A DNA stretch of 64,000 nucleotides from the IMG/VR virus record IMGVR_UViG_3300018933_000001, positions 64,001-128,000 of that record. One strand, 5' to 3'. The position numbers were made by a program, and so were the translations under genes. This document shows positions 1 to 9,526 of the stretch, piece after piece. The DNA is from a virus. A model generated the notes under the pieces. The model did not search any database and was not told the origin of the DNA. It saw nothing but the letters and a program-made list of their open reading frames with translations. How positions within the stretch are numbered: the stretch's first letter is position 1; every line of letters begins with the position of its first letter.

Positions 1-174
1 CGACTTTACTTTACTGAGTTAGGAAAGATACTAAACAATACTGAGGGATTGGATAGTGAAGAGCTAGTGGATGAGGCAAATATACTTATGGGTGTAATAT
101 CTGAATACATATTAAATGAAGGAACTATGTACGAGCTAGTAGACTTAGATGAAGATGTTGTAGAATTAGATTAG
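1..174 (+). CDS. 3' end of hypothetical acidic protein (partial)
   Basis: Frame 1 open from window start (RLYFTELGK...VVELD) to TAG at 172-174. Confidence 0.6.
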   Translation, partial: RLYFTELGKILNNTEGLDSEELVDEANILMGVISEYILNEGTMYELVDLDEDVVELD

Positions 175-193
175 ATGTCTCAGCTTAACCGTT

Positions 194-499
194 ATGACTC
201 CTGGTATTACTCTACCAACTAAAGAAATCCGAGATATGTTTGAGGATATCTACCCGAGAGAAGTAGATAGCTGGCTATTTGCGTCTTACAGGTTAGGGCT
301 TCTAACAGTTCTAGTAGAAGGAACTTTTCACATGGAAATTCCTAACAAAGACCCGGAAACTGTAACTGCTTTTAATTCTGGTTATTTAGATGGAATAGCT
401 CTTAAAAAAAGAAGAAAAGATTTACAGAAGTCTATACCTGTGTCTACTAAACCTACTTATAGTTATCCTCCTACAAAAGAATATCACTCTCCTTTTTAA
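194..499 (+). CDS. hypothetical protein
   Basis: ORF track, co-directional with neighbours. Confidence 0.6.
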   Translation: MTPGITLPTKEIRDMFEDIYPREVDSWLFASYRLGLLTVLVEGTFHMEIPNKDPETVTAFNSGYLDGIALKKRRKDLQKSIPVSTKPTYSYPPTKEYHSPF

Positions 500-522
500 T
501 AGTTTTCCACTCAACAACTCTA

Positions 523-556
523 TAGCTATCTAGTAATTCATCTAGGTAGCTTTTAT
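523..556 (+). terminator. probable intrinsic terminator
   Basis: agctatctag-N8-ctaggtagct hairpin followed by T-rich tract. Confidence 0.55.
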
Positions 557-583
557 TTACTTAATCCCTTTTAACAATAATCT

Positions 584-1120
584 ATGAAGAAAACACGCGC
601 TCAGACTATTTACGATACTTTTAAACCTAAGAACCGTACTTTTGAAGAACACAGACAGATTTTAATTGATTCGGGAGCTTATGATGAAGAAACTTTAGAT
701 ACTGTTGTAGAAGTAGAAATAGAAGATAGACGTAGAAAGATGTCTTCTTCTATTACTCCTAGAGTAGCAAATTGGGCGGGTCATGACCAAATAAGAGACA
801 TGATAAAGAGTGATGCTAGAATATCAGACATTCTCACATTTTTAGCAACTATCTTATATGAAAGAATGCAAAAAGCGGGAGGGCAGTTAAGTGCAGAATT
901 AGTAGAAAAGTGGAGAAATAAAGTTGACCCTCTTTTAGATGAGTTACATTTAGATGAAGCAGTTAAAGTAAGTCTTGAATGGTTTAAAAAAGCAACAACT
1001 TTAGGAGAACTAAATTCCAAAGCAATGAAAGCTTATCTAAATACTAAAACGAGAGGTTCTAAGTCTGAAGAAGTAGATTCTGATAATTTCTTCAAAGAAG
1101 ATGACGATAAACCTAACTAA
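584..1120 (+). CDS. hypothetical protein
   Basis: ORF track; acidic tail DNFFKEDDD. Confidence 0.7.
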   Translation: MKKTRAQTIYDTFKPKNRTFEEHRQILIDSGAYDEETLDTVVEVEIEDRRRKMSSSITPRVANWAGHDQIRDMIKSDARISDILTFLATILYERMQKAGGQLSAELVEKWRNKVDPLLDELHLDEAVKVSLEWFKKATTLGELNSKAMKAYLNTKTRGSKSEEVDSDNFFKEDDDKPN

Positions 1121-1379
1121 TAAAACTATGAAACTTTACTTAGTATCTAGAACAGATAGATGGTCTTGGGATGATTACGACTCTTTTGTAGTAGCTGCTG
1201 AGAATGAAGAGAGTGTTCTAGATTTTCATCCTAAAGGACAGTATTATCTAACTGAAAGGGATGTAAGAAACGGAATCTACCATGGTTGGACATCTAAACA
1301 AAACATAAATATAGAATGTATAGGAGAATCTAATAGCTTAGTCGAAAAAGTTATTATTTCCTCATTTAACGCTGGGTAA
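1101..1379 (+). CDS. conserved phage hypothetical protein (start probably at MKLYLVSR)
   Basis: WDDYDSFVVAAE and IISSFNAG motifs typical of a widespread small phage protein. Confidence 0.7.
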   Translation: MTINLTNKTMKLYLVSRTDRWSWDDYDSFVVAAENEESVLDFHPKGQYYLTERDVRNGIYHGWTSKQNINIECIGESNSLVEKVIISSFNAG

Positions 1380-1436
1380 TTCAAGACCAAGACAAAGTTA
1401 CAATATAACAACTACTTAGAAAACGAGAAAACAAAT

Positions 1437-1961
1437 ATGTCTAATTCTACTTCTTACGTTACAACTGTCACAGGTGCTTTAATCGGTAATCCTAAAAAGA
1501 CTGTAGTTGAGGGAAAGAAAGGTAAAATCACTATCTGGAATTTAGCAATGGCAAAAGATGCTAAAGATGGTGGGAGAAAAGGCGAAGAAAAAGGAGATGC
1601 TAAAGCTACTTACTGGTTTAATATTACTTATCGTGGGGATAATGAGATATTAGAGAATGCTAAGAAAGGTACAGTTCTAACCCTAACGTGTACTAAACCT
1701 TATCTAATGGATGAGTATACTTACTCTCCTTACAGTTTTAACTCTGAAAAAGGCTATGCTAGTGCGAGTGAAAAGTTAGATGCTTTTGGTATTACTTATG
1801 GTTCTTATGTAACTAAGAAAGAAGGGGATAGCAAGCCAGTTGAAGAAAAAGAAGAAGATGCAGATGCTTTCTTTACTGAAGATGATGGTTTAGTTCCTAC
1901 TACACCTAAATCCGCTAAAATGGCAGAAATAGAAAGTGAATTTCTTGGTGAAGATGAGTAA
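1437..1961 (+). CDS. ssb: single-stranded DNA-binding protein (OB fold)
   Basis: VTGALIGNP start, TYWFNITY, KKGTVL, strongly acidic C-terminal tail; replication context. Confidence 0.65.
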   Translation: MSNSTSYVTTVTGALIGNPKKTVVEGKKGKITIWNLAMAKDAKDGGRKGEEKGDAKATYWFNITYRGDNEILENAKKGTVLTLTCTKPYLMDEYTYSPYSFNSEKGYASASEKLDAFGITYGSYVTKKEGDSKPVEEKEEDADAFFTEDDGLVPTTPKSAKMAEIESEFLGEDE

Positions 1962-2006
1962 ATAGATAATAGATTCTAGTACAGTAGGGTTAGGATTAAA
2001 GGGTTT

Positions 2007-2040
2007 AGGGCTGGTTGCTTAGGTAGCTAGCTCTATTTTA
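2007..2040 (+). terminator. probable intrinsic terminator
   Basis: agggctggttgc-ttag-gtagctagctct stem plus T tract. Confidence 0.5.
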
Positions 2041-2409
2041 TTGTTCACAAGTATAGTTGTAAAAATGAAAGAGATTAGCGAATATAGAAAATCTGCAACT
2101 ATTTACTTTGTCCCAAATCTAAGGAATGGCAACAGTCTTAAGATAGAGTTTGGTAACTTTGATGTAGATATTTTCAACAACGTACTTAAGAAGTTGAGAA
2201 ATTTAGGTTTTAGCTGTAGTGAAGCCGTAAGTCACAGTAATTGTATTGGACGACCTAACATAATAGATATCTCTCTTGATTTATGTGTAGATGAGAAAGA
2301 AGTAGCACACGACCTGTTCAATTATTTAGAAACTAAACTAGGTAAAGACCAAGTAATTGACCGTATCAGAAGTACAATAAGGAAGGAGAATAATAATATG
2401 AAAAAATGA
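2041..2409 (+). CDS. hypothetical protein
   Basis: ORF track; start probably ATG at 2065. Confidence 0.6.
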   Translation: MFTSIVVKMKEISEYRKSATIYFVPNLRNGNSLKIEFGNFDVDIFNNVLKKLRNLGFSCSEAVSHSNCIGRPNIIDISLDLCVDEKEVAHDLFNYLETKLGKDQVIDRIRSTIRKENNNMKK

Positions 2410-3257
2410 AGATAGAGCTAGTAAAGACTGCTAACGAAAGATATTATAAAGTAGATGGTGAGAAATGTCCTAGTGTCACGCAAGTTATCTCTTACCACGA
2501 AGATAAGAAGTTTCTTGAGGATTGGAAAGCTAGAAATCCTTTAAAAGCTGATACAACTTCTTCTTCTGCTCGGATGAGAGGGACTAAAATACATCAAGCT
2601 CTGTTCTATTATCATACTAATAGACCTAAATATCTCTCTTTTGCTGAGAAGCTTTGTACTGAGGATAAAAAGTATTTAGCTCAATATGCAGACCTAATGA
2701 GGATAACTCTTAGAGCAGAATTTAAAGAGCAGAAAGTAGGTTATTTAGAACCTAAGTCATCTCAAGGTTTTGGTGGAAAGCTAGATAACATTTCTCTATT
2801 AGATACTAAAGAGTTCGTTTATTATAAATCTACTAAACCAGTCTTTACTAACCCACAAGAATATTTCGTAATAGATTATAAGAATCCAAATAAAGCTAAG
2901 AAACCTGAGCATCTTATAAGCTATTGTCTTCAGTTAGCTGCTTATTGTGCTGCTTTTAACTTTGGAAGTCTCTTAACTTATAGATTGAACAAAGCCCTTT
3001 TAGTAATAGTAAGTCCGAAGATGACTACTTATTACTATCTATCTCCTGAGAAGTTGAGTAAATATTGGGGATTATACAAACAGTTATTAGACGGATATTA
3101 CTCAAAGAAGAAAGTTAACTGGACAAAGCTAAAAGAAGAGTTGGGAATCTTTGAAGATGAAAGAGGTTATCCGAGTATAGCTAAATTTAACTTTCTACCA
3201 GAACGTATTGAGTTGAGAAAGAGTCAAGTAGAAGTAGAGGAAGAGGTACTATTCTAA
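2406..3257 (+). CDS. PD-(D/E)xK exonuclease (lambda-exo/Cas4-like)
   Basis: PSVTQVI, RGTKIH, GGKLD, VIDYK, QLAAY motifs. Confidence 0.85.
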   Translation: MKIELVKTANERYYKVDGEKCPSVTQVISYHEDKKFLEDWKARNPLKADTTSSSARMRGTKIHQALFYYHTNRPKYLSFAEKLCTEDKKYLAQYADLMRITLRAEFKEQKVGYLEPKSSQGFGGKLDNISLLDTKEFVYYKSTKPVFTNPQEYFVIDYKNPNKAKKPEHLISYCLQLAAYCAAFNFGSLLTYRLNKALLVIVSPKMTTYYYLSPEKLSKYWGLYKQLLDGYYSKKKVNWTKLKEELGIFEDERGYPSIAKFNFLPERIELRKSQVEVEEEVLF

Positions 3258-3258
3258 A

Positions 3259-3870
3259 ATGGAAGATACAGTTACTCTAGAAGTTAAGTTACGTGGTGGG
3301 GAAGCTCTTTTTGTAACACCTATAAGTCGTAATTGGTGTGATAAGAATAATAAGTTTCACATTTACGATACTTTAGAATTTTCACCTACTATACCTTGGC
3401 AGTTAAAAATAGGTAACTATGGAGAACGGACTCCTTACTTAAGATTCTGGTTTACTAAAATTACAAGAGCTATCAAAGCTTTTTTAGAGACGTTTCCTGA
3501 CAATATTAAAGAATTTACTGGTTCAAATGTTTTTAATTCTTGGTTTTCAAATAGAACTTGGTATTGGGGAAAATATCACATTGAAAAAGAACTAAGCAAT
3601 GACTGGTTTTATGCAGTAGATATTTTTAAACCCGAACCATTACATATCAACGGAAATATAGAAGTAGGTTCATCAGAGTATATTGATTGGAGTAGCAGCT
3701 ATCCACCTCCTAGTTCTTTATGGATAGAAGAGAGATTGAGAGAAAGATTTCATGTTTGGACATTTGACAAAGAAGAAGATAAGATAGCAGAAGAGAAGTT
3801 CTGGAAGTGGAGACAAGAGCAAATAGATAAAGGTTACAAAGTCTACTATATTACATCACTGGAGACATAA
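3259..3870 (+). CDS. hypothetical protein, tandem paralog A
   Basis: Shares VTP, TLEF, DWFY, HIxGNIE, WxEERL and YITSLET with the next ORF. Confidence 0.75.
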   Translation: MEDTVTLEVKLRGGEALFVTPISRNWCDKNNKFHIYDTLEFSPTIPWQLKIGNYGERTPYLRFWFTKITRAIKAFLETFPDNIKEFTGSNVFNSWFSNRTWYWGKYHIEKELSNDWFYAVDIFKPEPLHINGNIEVGSSEYIDWSSSYPPPSSLWIEERLRERFHVWTFDKEEDKIAEEKFWKWRQEQIDKGYKVYYITSLET

Positions 3871-3871
3871 A

Positions 3872-4507
3872 ATGGAAGATATTATAACTACTCAAGTTAA
3901 GCTAAAAAGTTTTAATGGTGAAGGTTTATGGGTAACTCCTGTAAGTTATATGTCTTGTGATTATTGGGGAGAAAACAAACTGAGGCTATACCATACTTTA
4001 GAATTTCCTCCAGATATCGACAGAGGAAGTGTACTAAAAGATTCTGCACATAATAATTTTTCTCATTTTCCTAAGTTATTTTGGTTATACTCTTGTGATG
4101 TAATTAAGTCCGTTACTCAGCAGTTATTTTCTAATTGTGAAAACTTCTTTGGAGTTGCTGTGTTTGACAGAGTGTTTTCTAGAAGAAGTTGGTGGAATAA
4201 TGTCTACTATTCTATTCAAAGTTCTTTAGAGAAAGATTGGTTTTATTGTAAAGAAGTATACCCTGTAAACTTTCATATAGAAGGAAACATAGAATTAGTT
4301 AGAGAGTTGGGTGAGGGTTATTGGGATGAGATATACTTAACACCTACAGATAGGTGGGTTGAAGAGAGGTTAGCTGAAAAACATTTATATACCTTAAATG
4401 ATAACAAAGACCAAGTAATAGAATCGTTAGAAAACTTCTATCAGTGGAAGAAAGAACAGGAAGATAAAGGTTTAAGTATTTCTTACATTACTTCCTTAGA
4501 AACTTAA
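3872..4507 (+). CDS. hypothetical protein, tandem paralog B
   Basis: Paralog of 3259..3870. Confidence 0.75.
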   Translation: MEDIITTQVKLKSFNGEGLWVTPVSYMSCDYWGENKLRLYHTLEFPPDIDRGSVLKDSAHNNFSHFPKLFWLYSCDVIKSVTQQLFSNCENFFGVAVFDRVFSRRSWWNNVYYSIQSSLEKDWFYCKEVYPVNFHIEGNIELVRELGEGYWDEIYLTPTDRWVEERLAEKHLYTLNDNKDQVIESLENFYQWKKEQEDKGLSISYITSLET

Positions 4508-4603
4508 GTAACTTAGATAAGTAGTTTAGTTCCGTATGTTGTGTTTGATATATGGAACTAATTTAGCATCTACTAATATATTAATTACTTTTGGAGGTTA
4601 TAT

Positions 4604-5497
4604 GTGGATATATTAGATTTATTTAAGCAACGATTCGACTATATAAGAGAAGTTCCTTCTGAATTAGAGTATAGATGTCCCTTTTGTAATAATGAAGGAC
4701 TTAAGATAAATAAATTTACAGGTAAATATGACCTTTATAACTGTAGATGTGATGTCAAGAGAATATATCCTTACTTAACTAAGGATTCTGATACTCCTTA
4801 TGTACCTAAACTGAGACAAGTACCTAAGATAATAGAACCAGTACCTAATCTACTAGACGTTAAGCTAGCTACTATTACTAATTCATCTTCAGTAACAGAC
4901 CTCAATGACAAGTATAGGAACTTAGATGGTGAAGTAGTGTACAAGCATTCTAACTACCAAAGAGCTAAGAGGATTAATAGAGTTAGGTCTACTGGTAAGA
5001 AAATAGTCATACCCCAAGTCCTTATTAAAGGTAGTTGGGTTAATGGTATAGGAGAAGGTACATTTCCACTATTTACTAATCAAAGAACATTATTAGGAGA
5101 ACTAATAATAGTAGTGGAGGGGCAGAAGTGTGTTGAGTACCTTAACTATAAGCAGATAGAAGCAATTAGTTTATTGGGTAGTTACACAACATCTATTACT
5201 AAGATACAAGAAGTAATAGATATAAGTAGGAGTTTAGTACCTAATGTTAAACAGTTTCTTTATCTACCTGACCTAGATGCAGTTGGATTAAACAAAGCGC
5301 TTATATTTCAAAAAGCAGTATGGGAGATGAAATTACCTTGCAAGATATTTGATTTAAGAACTAAGTTGTTAGAACCTAAAGGGTGTGGACTAGATTTTAA
5401 AAGAGGTTATGACGTGGCAGATTATATATTAGAGTTTCCTGATAGTAACCTAGTGAGTGTATTGGAAGATGAGTTCAGAGATACAAGTAGATATTAA
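4604..5497 (+). CDS. DNA primase (Zn finger + TOPRIM)
   Basis: CPFC...CRC zinc motif; IVVEGQKC, LPDLDAVG, GYDVAD TOPRIM motifs. Confidence 0.85.
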   Translation: MDILDLFKQRFDYIREVPSELEYRCPFCNNEGLKINKFTGKYDLYNCRCDVKRIYPYLTKDSDTPYVPKLRQVPKIIEPVPNLLDVKLATITNSSSVTDLNDKYRNLDGEVVYKHSNYQRAKRINRVRSTGKKIVIPQVLIKGSWVNGIGEGTFPLFTNQRTLLGELIIVVEGQKCVEYLNYKQIEAISLLGSYTTSITKIQEVIDISRSLVPNVKQFLYLPDLDAVGLNKALIFQKAVWEMKLPCKIFDLRTKLLEPKGCGLDFKRGYDVADYILEFPDSNLVSVLEDEFRDTSRY

Positions 5498-6872
5498 GAT
5501 AAGTGAGATAAAAGAACAGTATCTTCAAGCATTAGATAACTTACATCTAAAAGCGGAAGAAGAAATTCTTGATGAAGTAGATTTAGAATACGCATTAGAT
5601 AAGATACACAAGGTATATGGAGTTAATCTAGGAGTCAAAGATACTCAGACGGTCACAAGACATTATCTTAGTAGAAGGAACACTACTCTAGATGTTAAGA
5701 AATACTACACTATTAAGGAAGTAATCAACTTTAAGAACAATGAGCTTACTGGTTCTATTGTTCCTAGATTAGTTCCTACTGGAGTAACTATTATAAGAGC
5801 GCCTGCTAAGCAAGGTAAAAGTAGATTAATATATGCTCTACTTAAGTCTATCTATATTACTAAGGAGTTTCTAGGTCTTCCTACTAGGAGATGTGGGATT
5901 ACTATTGTCTATCAAGCTGAAGAACCTATGACTATAGTAAGAAATAGATTCCTTAGTAATAGATTTGATGATGATGATAATCCAGATGTACGTGACTTAA
6001 TAGAAAACGATAAGATAATTATTGTTAGACAAATTAACATTGCTAAAGGTATTGACCAGATAAAGAGAGATGTCAGGAAGTTCTCTAAGAAACACAAAGT
6101 AGATTTAATAGTAGTAGATACGCTAAGAGCTGCTATGAGGTCTGCTAGTGTATCTGAGAACAGTGCAGATTGGGCTAATCCTTCTGGACTTCTGCAAGAT
6201 TATGCTAATGGACAAAATATAGCTATTATATTACTACATCACCATAACAAGAACGGTAAATCCTCAGGTACATCTGCTCTTGACGGTAATGCTAATATGC
6301 TTTGGGATGTTACTTACTATGAAGGTGAGAAATATTCTAAGAAGTCTCTAGTAATAAAGACTACTCCTAGAGATGGTACAGGAGCTAGCTTTGTAGTTGA
6401 TTTTAAGAAAGACCTTAAGTTGTTAGAAGAGGAAGGAGTAACACCTGACCTTACCACATTAGAAGTTAAGATAATCAACTTATTAAAGCAAGAGGAGAAC
6501 AGAGAAGGAGTAGTGGACTTAGGTTTATCAGTGGAGGAATTAGCAGAACAACTAGGAGTAGAAAGTATTGAGAAGCTAGAGTTAGCCTTAGATAGACTAC
6601 TTGAGAGTTCTTTCTTAGAGAGTAATAGAAGTAAAGGTAGGAACTTCTACTATATTCCTAACTACATCCTAGAGTTATATGGTGACTTAGGTATATTAGG
6701 TAAAGCAGAAGAACTAGACTTAAGACTTCAGGATATCTCAGTTCAAGTACAGTCAGCTACTACTAAGCAAGAGTTTTTAGATGCTTTTAAAGGAATGACT
6801 GTTAGAGATAAAGAAGTTGTGTTCAGACTTCTACCAGTTGAAGAACAAGAACGTTTAAAATCACTAACATAA
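5457..6872 (+). CDS. RepA/AAA_25-type replicative helicase with C-terminal winged helix
   Basis: Walker A APAKQGKS, AEE, Walker B IVVDTL, LLHHHNK; follows primase. Confidence 0.85.
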   Translation: MYWKMSSEIQVDIKISEIKEQYLQALDNLHLKAEEEILDEVDLEYALDKIHKVYGVNLGVKDTQTVTRHYLSRRNTTLDVKKYYTIKEVINFKNNELTGSIVPRLVPTGVTIIRAPAKQGKSRLIYALLKSIYITKEFLGLPTRRCGITIVYQAEEPMTIVRNRFLSNRFDDDDNPDVRDLIENDKIIIVRQINIAKGIDQIKRDVRKFSKKHKVDLIVVDTLRAAMRSASVSENSADWANPSGLLQDYANGQNIAIILLHHHNKNGKSSGTSALDGNANMLWDVTYYEGEKYSKKSLVIKTTPRDGTGASFVVDFKKDLKLLEEEGVTPDLTTLEVKIINLLKQEENREGVVDLGLSVEELAEQLGVESIEKLELALDRLLESSFLESNRSKGRNFYYIPNYILELYGDLGILGKAEELDLRLQDISVQVQSATTKQEFLDAFKGMTVRDKEVVFRLLPVEEQERLKSLT

Positions 6873-6883
6873 AATATAAAAAC

Positions 6884-7726
6884 ATGGAAAAGATAAATGA
6901 AATGAGTCAAACCAAATATTTAAGCATTTCTTCAGAACAATTTGTTGCTTGTTATTATGACTATGACTTTGCATATGAAATTGAGTGGAAAGGCCCAAAA
7001 GATAAACCGGAGAAACAATTAGAATACCTCAAATGGGGAGCTGCTAAATATCTATTAACTAAGCATTTTCCTACTTTTCATGTTGAATTACTAGAAGATA
7101 ATCAAGGTCTACCAGCTTTTAGAACACCTAATAACTTACTTAAAGAGGATGCTAGAGAGGCTTTCTTTGAACGTATAGCTAAGATTAAAACTTCCCTTGA
7201 AGAAGATAGAGTTACTTATGAAAAAACTCCACAAAGAGACCAGTGGAAAGTACAAAAAGAAATAGATAAAAAAGAGAAAGAGATAGTTAGTATCCAGAAC
7301 CAGTTATTCTACGACAATAGCGGTTATTATCTTAAACCTTATTTAGTAGACTCAGAAACAGGATTGAGAACTCCTTATCTCTTCTTTCCTTTGATGGATT
7401 ACAATAATGATCCAATCTATCAAGCTGATTCTAGAGATATATCTGATAACATTCAAAGAGCTTTGGTTAAATGTATTGCTTATTACACTGGGATTGGACT
7501 TCTACTTTATACTCGTGGAGTCGGAATTGGTAAAGATAAAGTTTGCGACAGTGAGAAATTTAAGAAGATAGACGAGATTGTTAGAAAGTCAGCAAGATTG
7601 GGAAGACAAGTAGATAGGAGTATAGTTAATTTCGGTACTTCTACTATAATGCTTGATAAAGTGATTAAGGATTTAGATAAAGAAGTAGCGGAAAAACTAG
7701 CAGCTAGACAAGCTAAAGTTCAGTAG
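6884..7726 (+). CDS. Sak3/DUF1071-like single-strand annealing protein
   Basis: YLKWGAA, FPLMDYNN, IQRALVKCIA..GIGLLLY; contains a coiled-coil insertion. Confidence 0.7.
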   Translation: MEKINEMSQTKYLSISSEQFVACYYDYDFAYEIEWKGPKDKPEKQLEYLKWGAAKYLLTKHFPTFHVELLEDNQGLPAFRTPNNLLKEDAREAFFERIAKIKTSLEEDRVTYEKTPQRDQWKVQKEIDKKEKEIVSIQNQLFYDNSGYYLKPYLVDSETGLRTPYLFFPLMDYNNDPIYQADSRDISDNIQRALVKCIAYYTGIGLLLYTRGVGIGKDKVCDSEKFKKIDEIVRKSARLGRQVDRSIVNFGTSTIMLDKVIKDLDKEVAEKLAARQAKVQ

Positions 7727-7788
7727 TTCTTATGAGTGGATGTAGTTATTCTATGTCCACTTCTACTTATTAATTAAAGGAGTCTCTT

Positions 7789-8034
7789 ATGTTTGCAAGA
7801 TGTTTAGATGAGTTTATTAGTAAAGTAGTTAAGTTCACTCACGGAGCTAAAGAGGAAAGAGATTTTGAATTAATTCAGTATGATAAGTATGAAATCTATT
7901 TAGTACCAAGACAAGAAGGTGTTTGGGATTGTTCTATTTATAACTACGGAAAACAAGTTAAGATAGTTCAAGACATTCATTTATCTAAAGATGAAATAGC
8001 TAAATTAGCTAAAGAGTGGATTGATGAGTTATGA
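7789..8034 (+). CDS. hypothetical protein
   Basis: ORF with AAGGAG RBS. Confidence 0.65.
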   Translation: MFARCLDEFISKVVKFTHGAKEERDFELIQYDKYEIYLVPRQEGVWDCSIYNYGKQVKIVQDIHLSKDEIAKLAKEWIDEL

Positions 8035-8231
8035 ATCTATTAGAAAAATGTTCCCGAAGTTTCAGTCTTTGGTTGATGAAGATGGCTTATCGTGGGATGA
8101 ATGAAGCAGAAAAACTACAAGCACAAAACGATGCAACTCTTAGAATTCGTCACTTGAGAATGGATTTTGATTTTGAGTTAGCTGATATGTGGGTTGATTT
8201 CTACATTTGGACAACTACTTATAAGGACTAG
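8031..8231 (+). CDS. hypothetical protein
   Basis: Translationally coupled ORF. Confidence 0.55.
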   Translation: MNLLEKCSRSFSLWLMKMAYRGMNEAEKLQAQNDATLRIRHLRMDFDFELADMWVDFYIWTTTYKD

Positions 8232-8233
8232 AT

Positions 8234-8431
8234 ATGACTGTTTTACAATTTTTAGCTTTACATATTGTAGGTTCTGCTCTAAAAGTATCTTGGTTCTTTT
8301 TTAATGAGATACAAAAAGACAGAACACTTAAAGTAATAGAACAAGAGTTACATGATTTATTAGTTATAGGTACTTATAGTGAACTAGCCTCAGAGGTACA
8401 AGAACTCTATATCTGGTTGTTAGAGCATTAG
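8234..8431 (+). CDS. hypothetical protein
   Basis: ORF track. Confidence 0.55.
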   Translation: MTVLQFLALHIVGSALKVSWFFFNEIQKDRTLKVIEQELHDLLVIGTYSELASEVQELYIWLLEH

Positions 8432-8468
8432 TTAAGGAGGTTATTTATTACTTACCTTAATTAGAACT

Positions 8469-8861
8469 ATGAATAAAGAATTAGTTAGACAATGGGTAGA
8501 AGCTTTAAGAAGCGGTAAATACAAGCAAGGAAGACTGTCACTAAGAGATATTAATGATAAATTTTGTTGTTTAGGGGTTCTTTGTGATATTGCTAAAGGT
8601 AATTTAAATCTAGATTGGAGGTTAGGTACTTCTGAAGATATCTGTTACGAGATAGAAGACACTACAACAGTAGTTCCCGAATCAATATTAGAATTCTTAG
8701 GAGTAAACATTCATAAAGCTTTCATAAATGCAGGAGACTTGCGTTATGACCTAGGAATACCTTCAAATGAATCAAAGATGTCTTTAATAGACTTAAATGA
8801 CTACTATAAAGTATCTTTTAACGAAATAGCAGACATTATAGAAGAAGAGTTCCTTAAGTAG
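8469..8861 (+). CDS. conserved phage hypothetical protein
   Basis: WVEALRSGKYKQG...CCLGVLCD...LND...FNEIADIIE signature. Confidence 0.8.
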   Translation: MNKELVRQWVEALRSGKYKQGRLSLRDINDKFCCLGVLCDIAKGNLNLDWRLGTSEDICYEIEDTTTVVPESILEFLGVNIHKAFINAGDLRYDLGIPSNESKMSLIDLNDYYKVSFNEIADIIEEEFLK

Positions 8862-8868
8862 ATAGCAA

Positions 8869-8907
8869 GAAGAATCCTCTAAAGTTATTAGCTCTAGAGG
8901 ACTTCTA
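8869..8907. terminator. hairpin between convergent genes (bidirectional terminator candidate)
   Basis: gaagaatcctcta...tagaggacttc inverted repeat. Confidence 0.5.
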
Positions 8908-8924
8908 CTACTTATCAACTAACT

Positions 8925-9179
8925 CTAATAAGAAAACAAATCTCGGTAACTAAGACCTACTCGCTCATAACAAACAGCAGCATTTGCTAACATTCTTATT
9001 TTCTGAATCTCACGCAAAATAGTAGTCAATTCAGCAGGATTTTTAACTACTTCTGCTAATTGTTTTGCATATTCAATAGAAGCTTGGTTTACTTTGTTAT
9101 GTAGTTCCTTATCTTCTTCAGTATTAGGAGGATGGTAGCTAAATAAATCTTCTAACTTGGTCAGGAATTCTTGAGTCAT
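8925..9179 (-). CDS. Acb2/Tad1-like helical-hairpin protein (putative immune-signal sponge)
   Basis: FSYHPP...A.L.EV...E....L..I....MLANAAV pattern of the Acb2/Tad1 hairpin-like family. Confidence 0.6.
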   Translation of the reverse strand: MTQEFLTKLEDLFSYHPPNTEEDKELHNKVNQASIEYAKQLAEVVKNPAELTTILREIQKIRMLANAAVCYERVGLSYRDLFSY

Positions 9180-9205
9180 GTCTGTTAATTAAGTACATCT
9201 ATTAG

Positions 9206-9214
9206 AGTTTAACA
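9206..9214 (-). promoter_or_regulatory. extended -10 promoter TGTTAAACT
   Basis: TGn-TAAACT 27 nt upstream of the 9179 start; same motif precedes other isolated minus-strand genes. Confidence 0.55.
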
Positions 9215-9223
9215 CAAAGTAAT

Positions 9224-9508
9224 ATGGATATAATTACGGATGTTCGTTGTCAAAATAGCAGAGTATTTATCACTGTTTCAGATGGTTCTTTAATACAGTT
9301 TGGACTTGATGACAACTTTATTTCTCAAATAGAACAAGAGAAAGTTTTTCTAATTGGTGCAGAGATTACAAGTTTTACAAATGATACTGAGAAAGGTTTT
9401 TTTCAGTTAAAGTTTAAGTCTTTAGAAGGTAGAAGCAGATTTTTAGAGTTTTCTTATGATACCTTGGCTCAGAAAGAGTTTGAACAACGTTTAAGGGAAA
9501 TGAATTAG
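9224..9508 (+). CDS. hypothetical protein
   Basis: ORF track. Confidence 0.6.
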   Translation: MDIITDVRCQNSRVFITVSDGSLIQFGLDDNFISQIEQEKVFLIGAEITSFTNDTEKGFFQLKFKSLEGRSRFLEFSYDTLAQKEFEQRLREMN

Positions 9509-9526
9509 CTCTCTTTATAAGTAGAT

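Noticed and set aside
2406-3257. CRISPR-associated Cas4
   Set aside because: Lacks the Fe-S cysteine set and any cas context; fits a phage recombination exonuclease beside SSB and Sak3.
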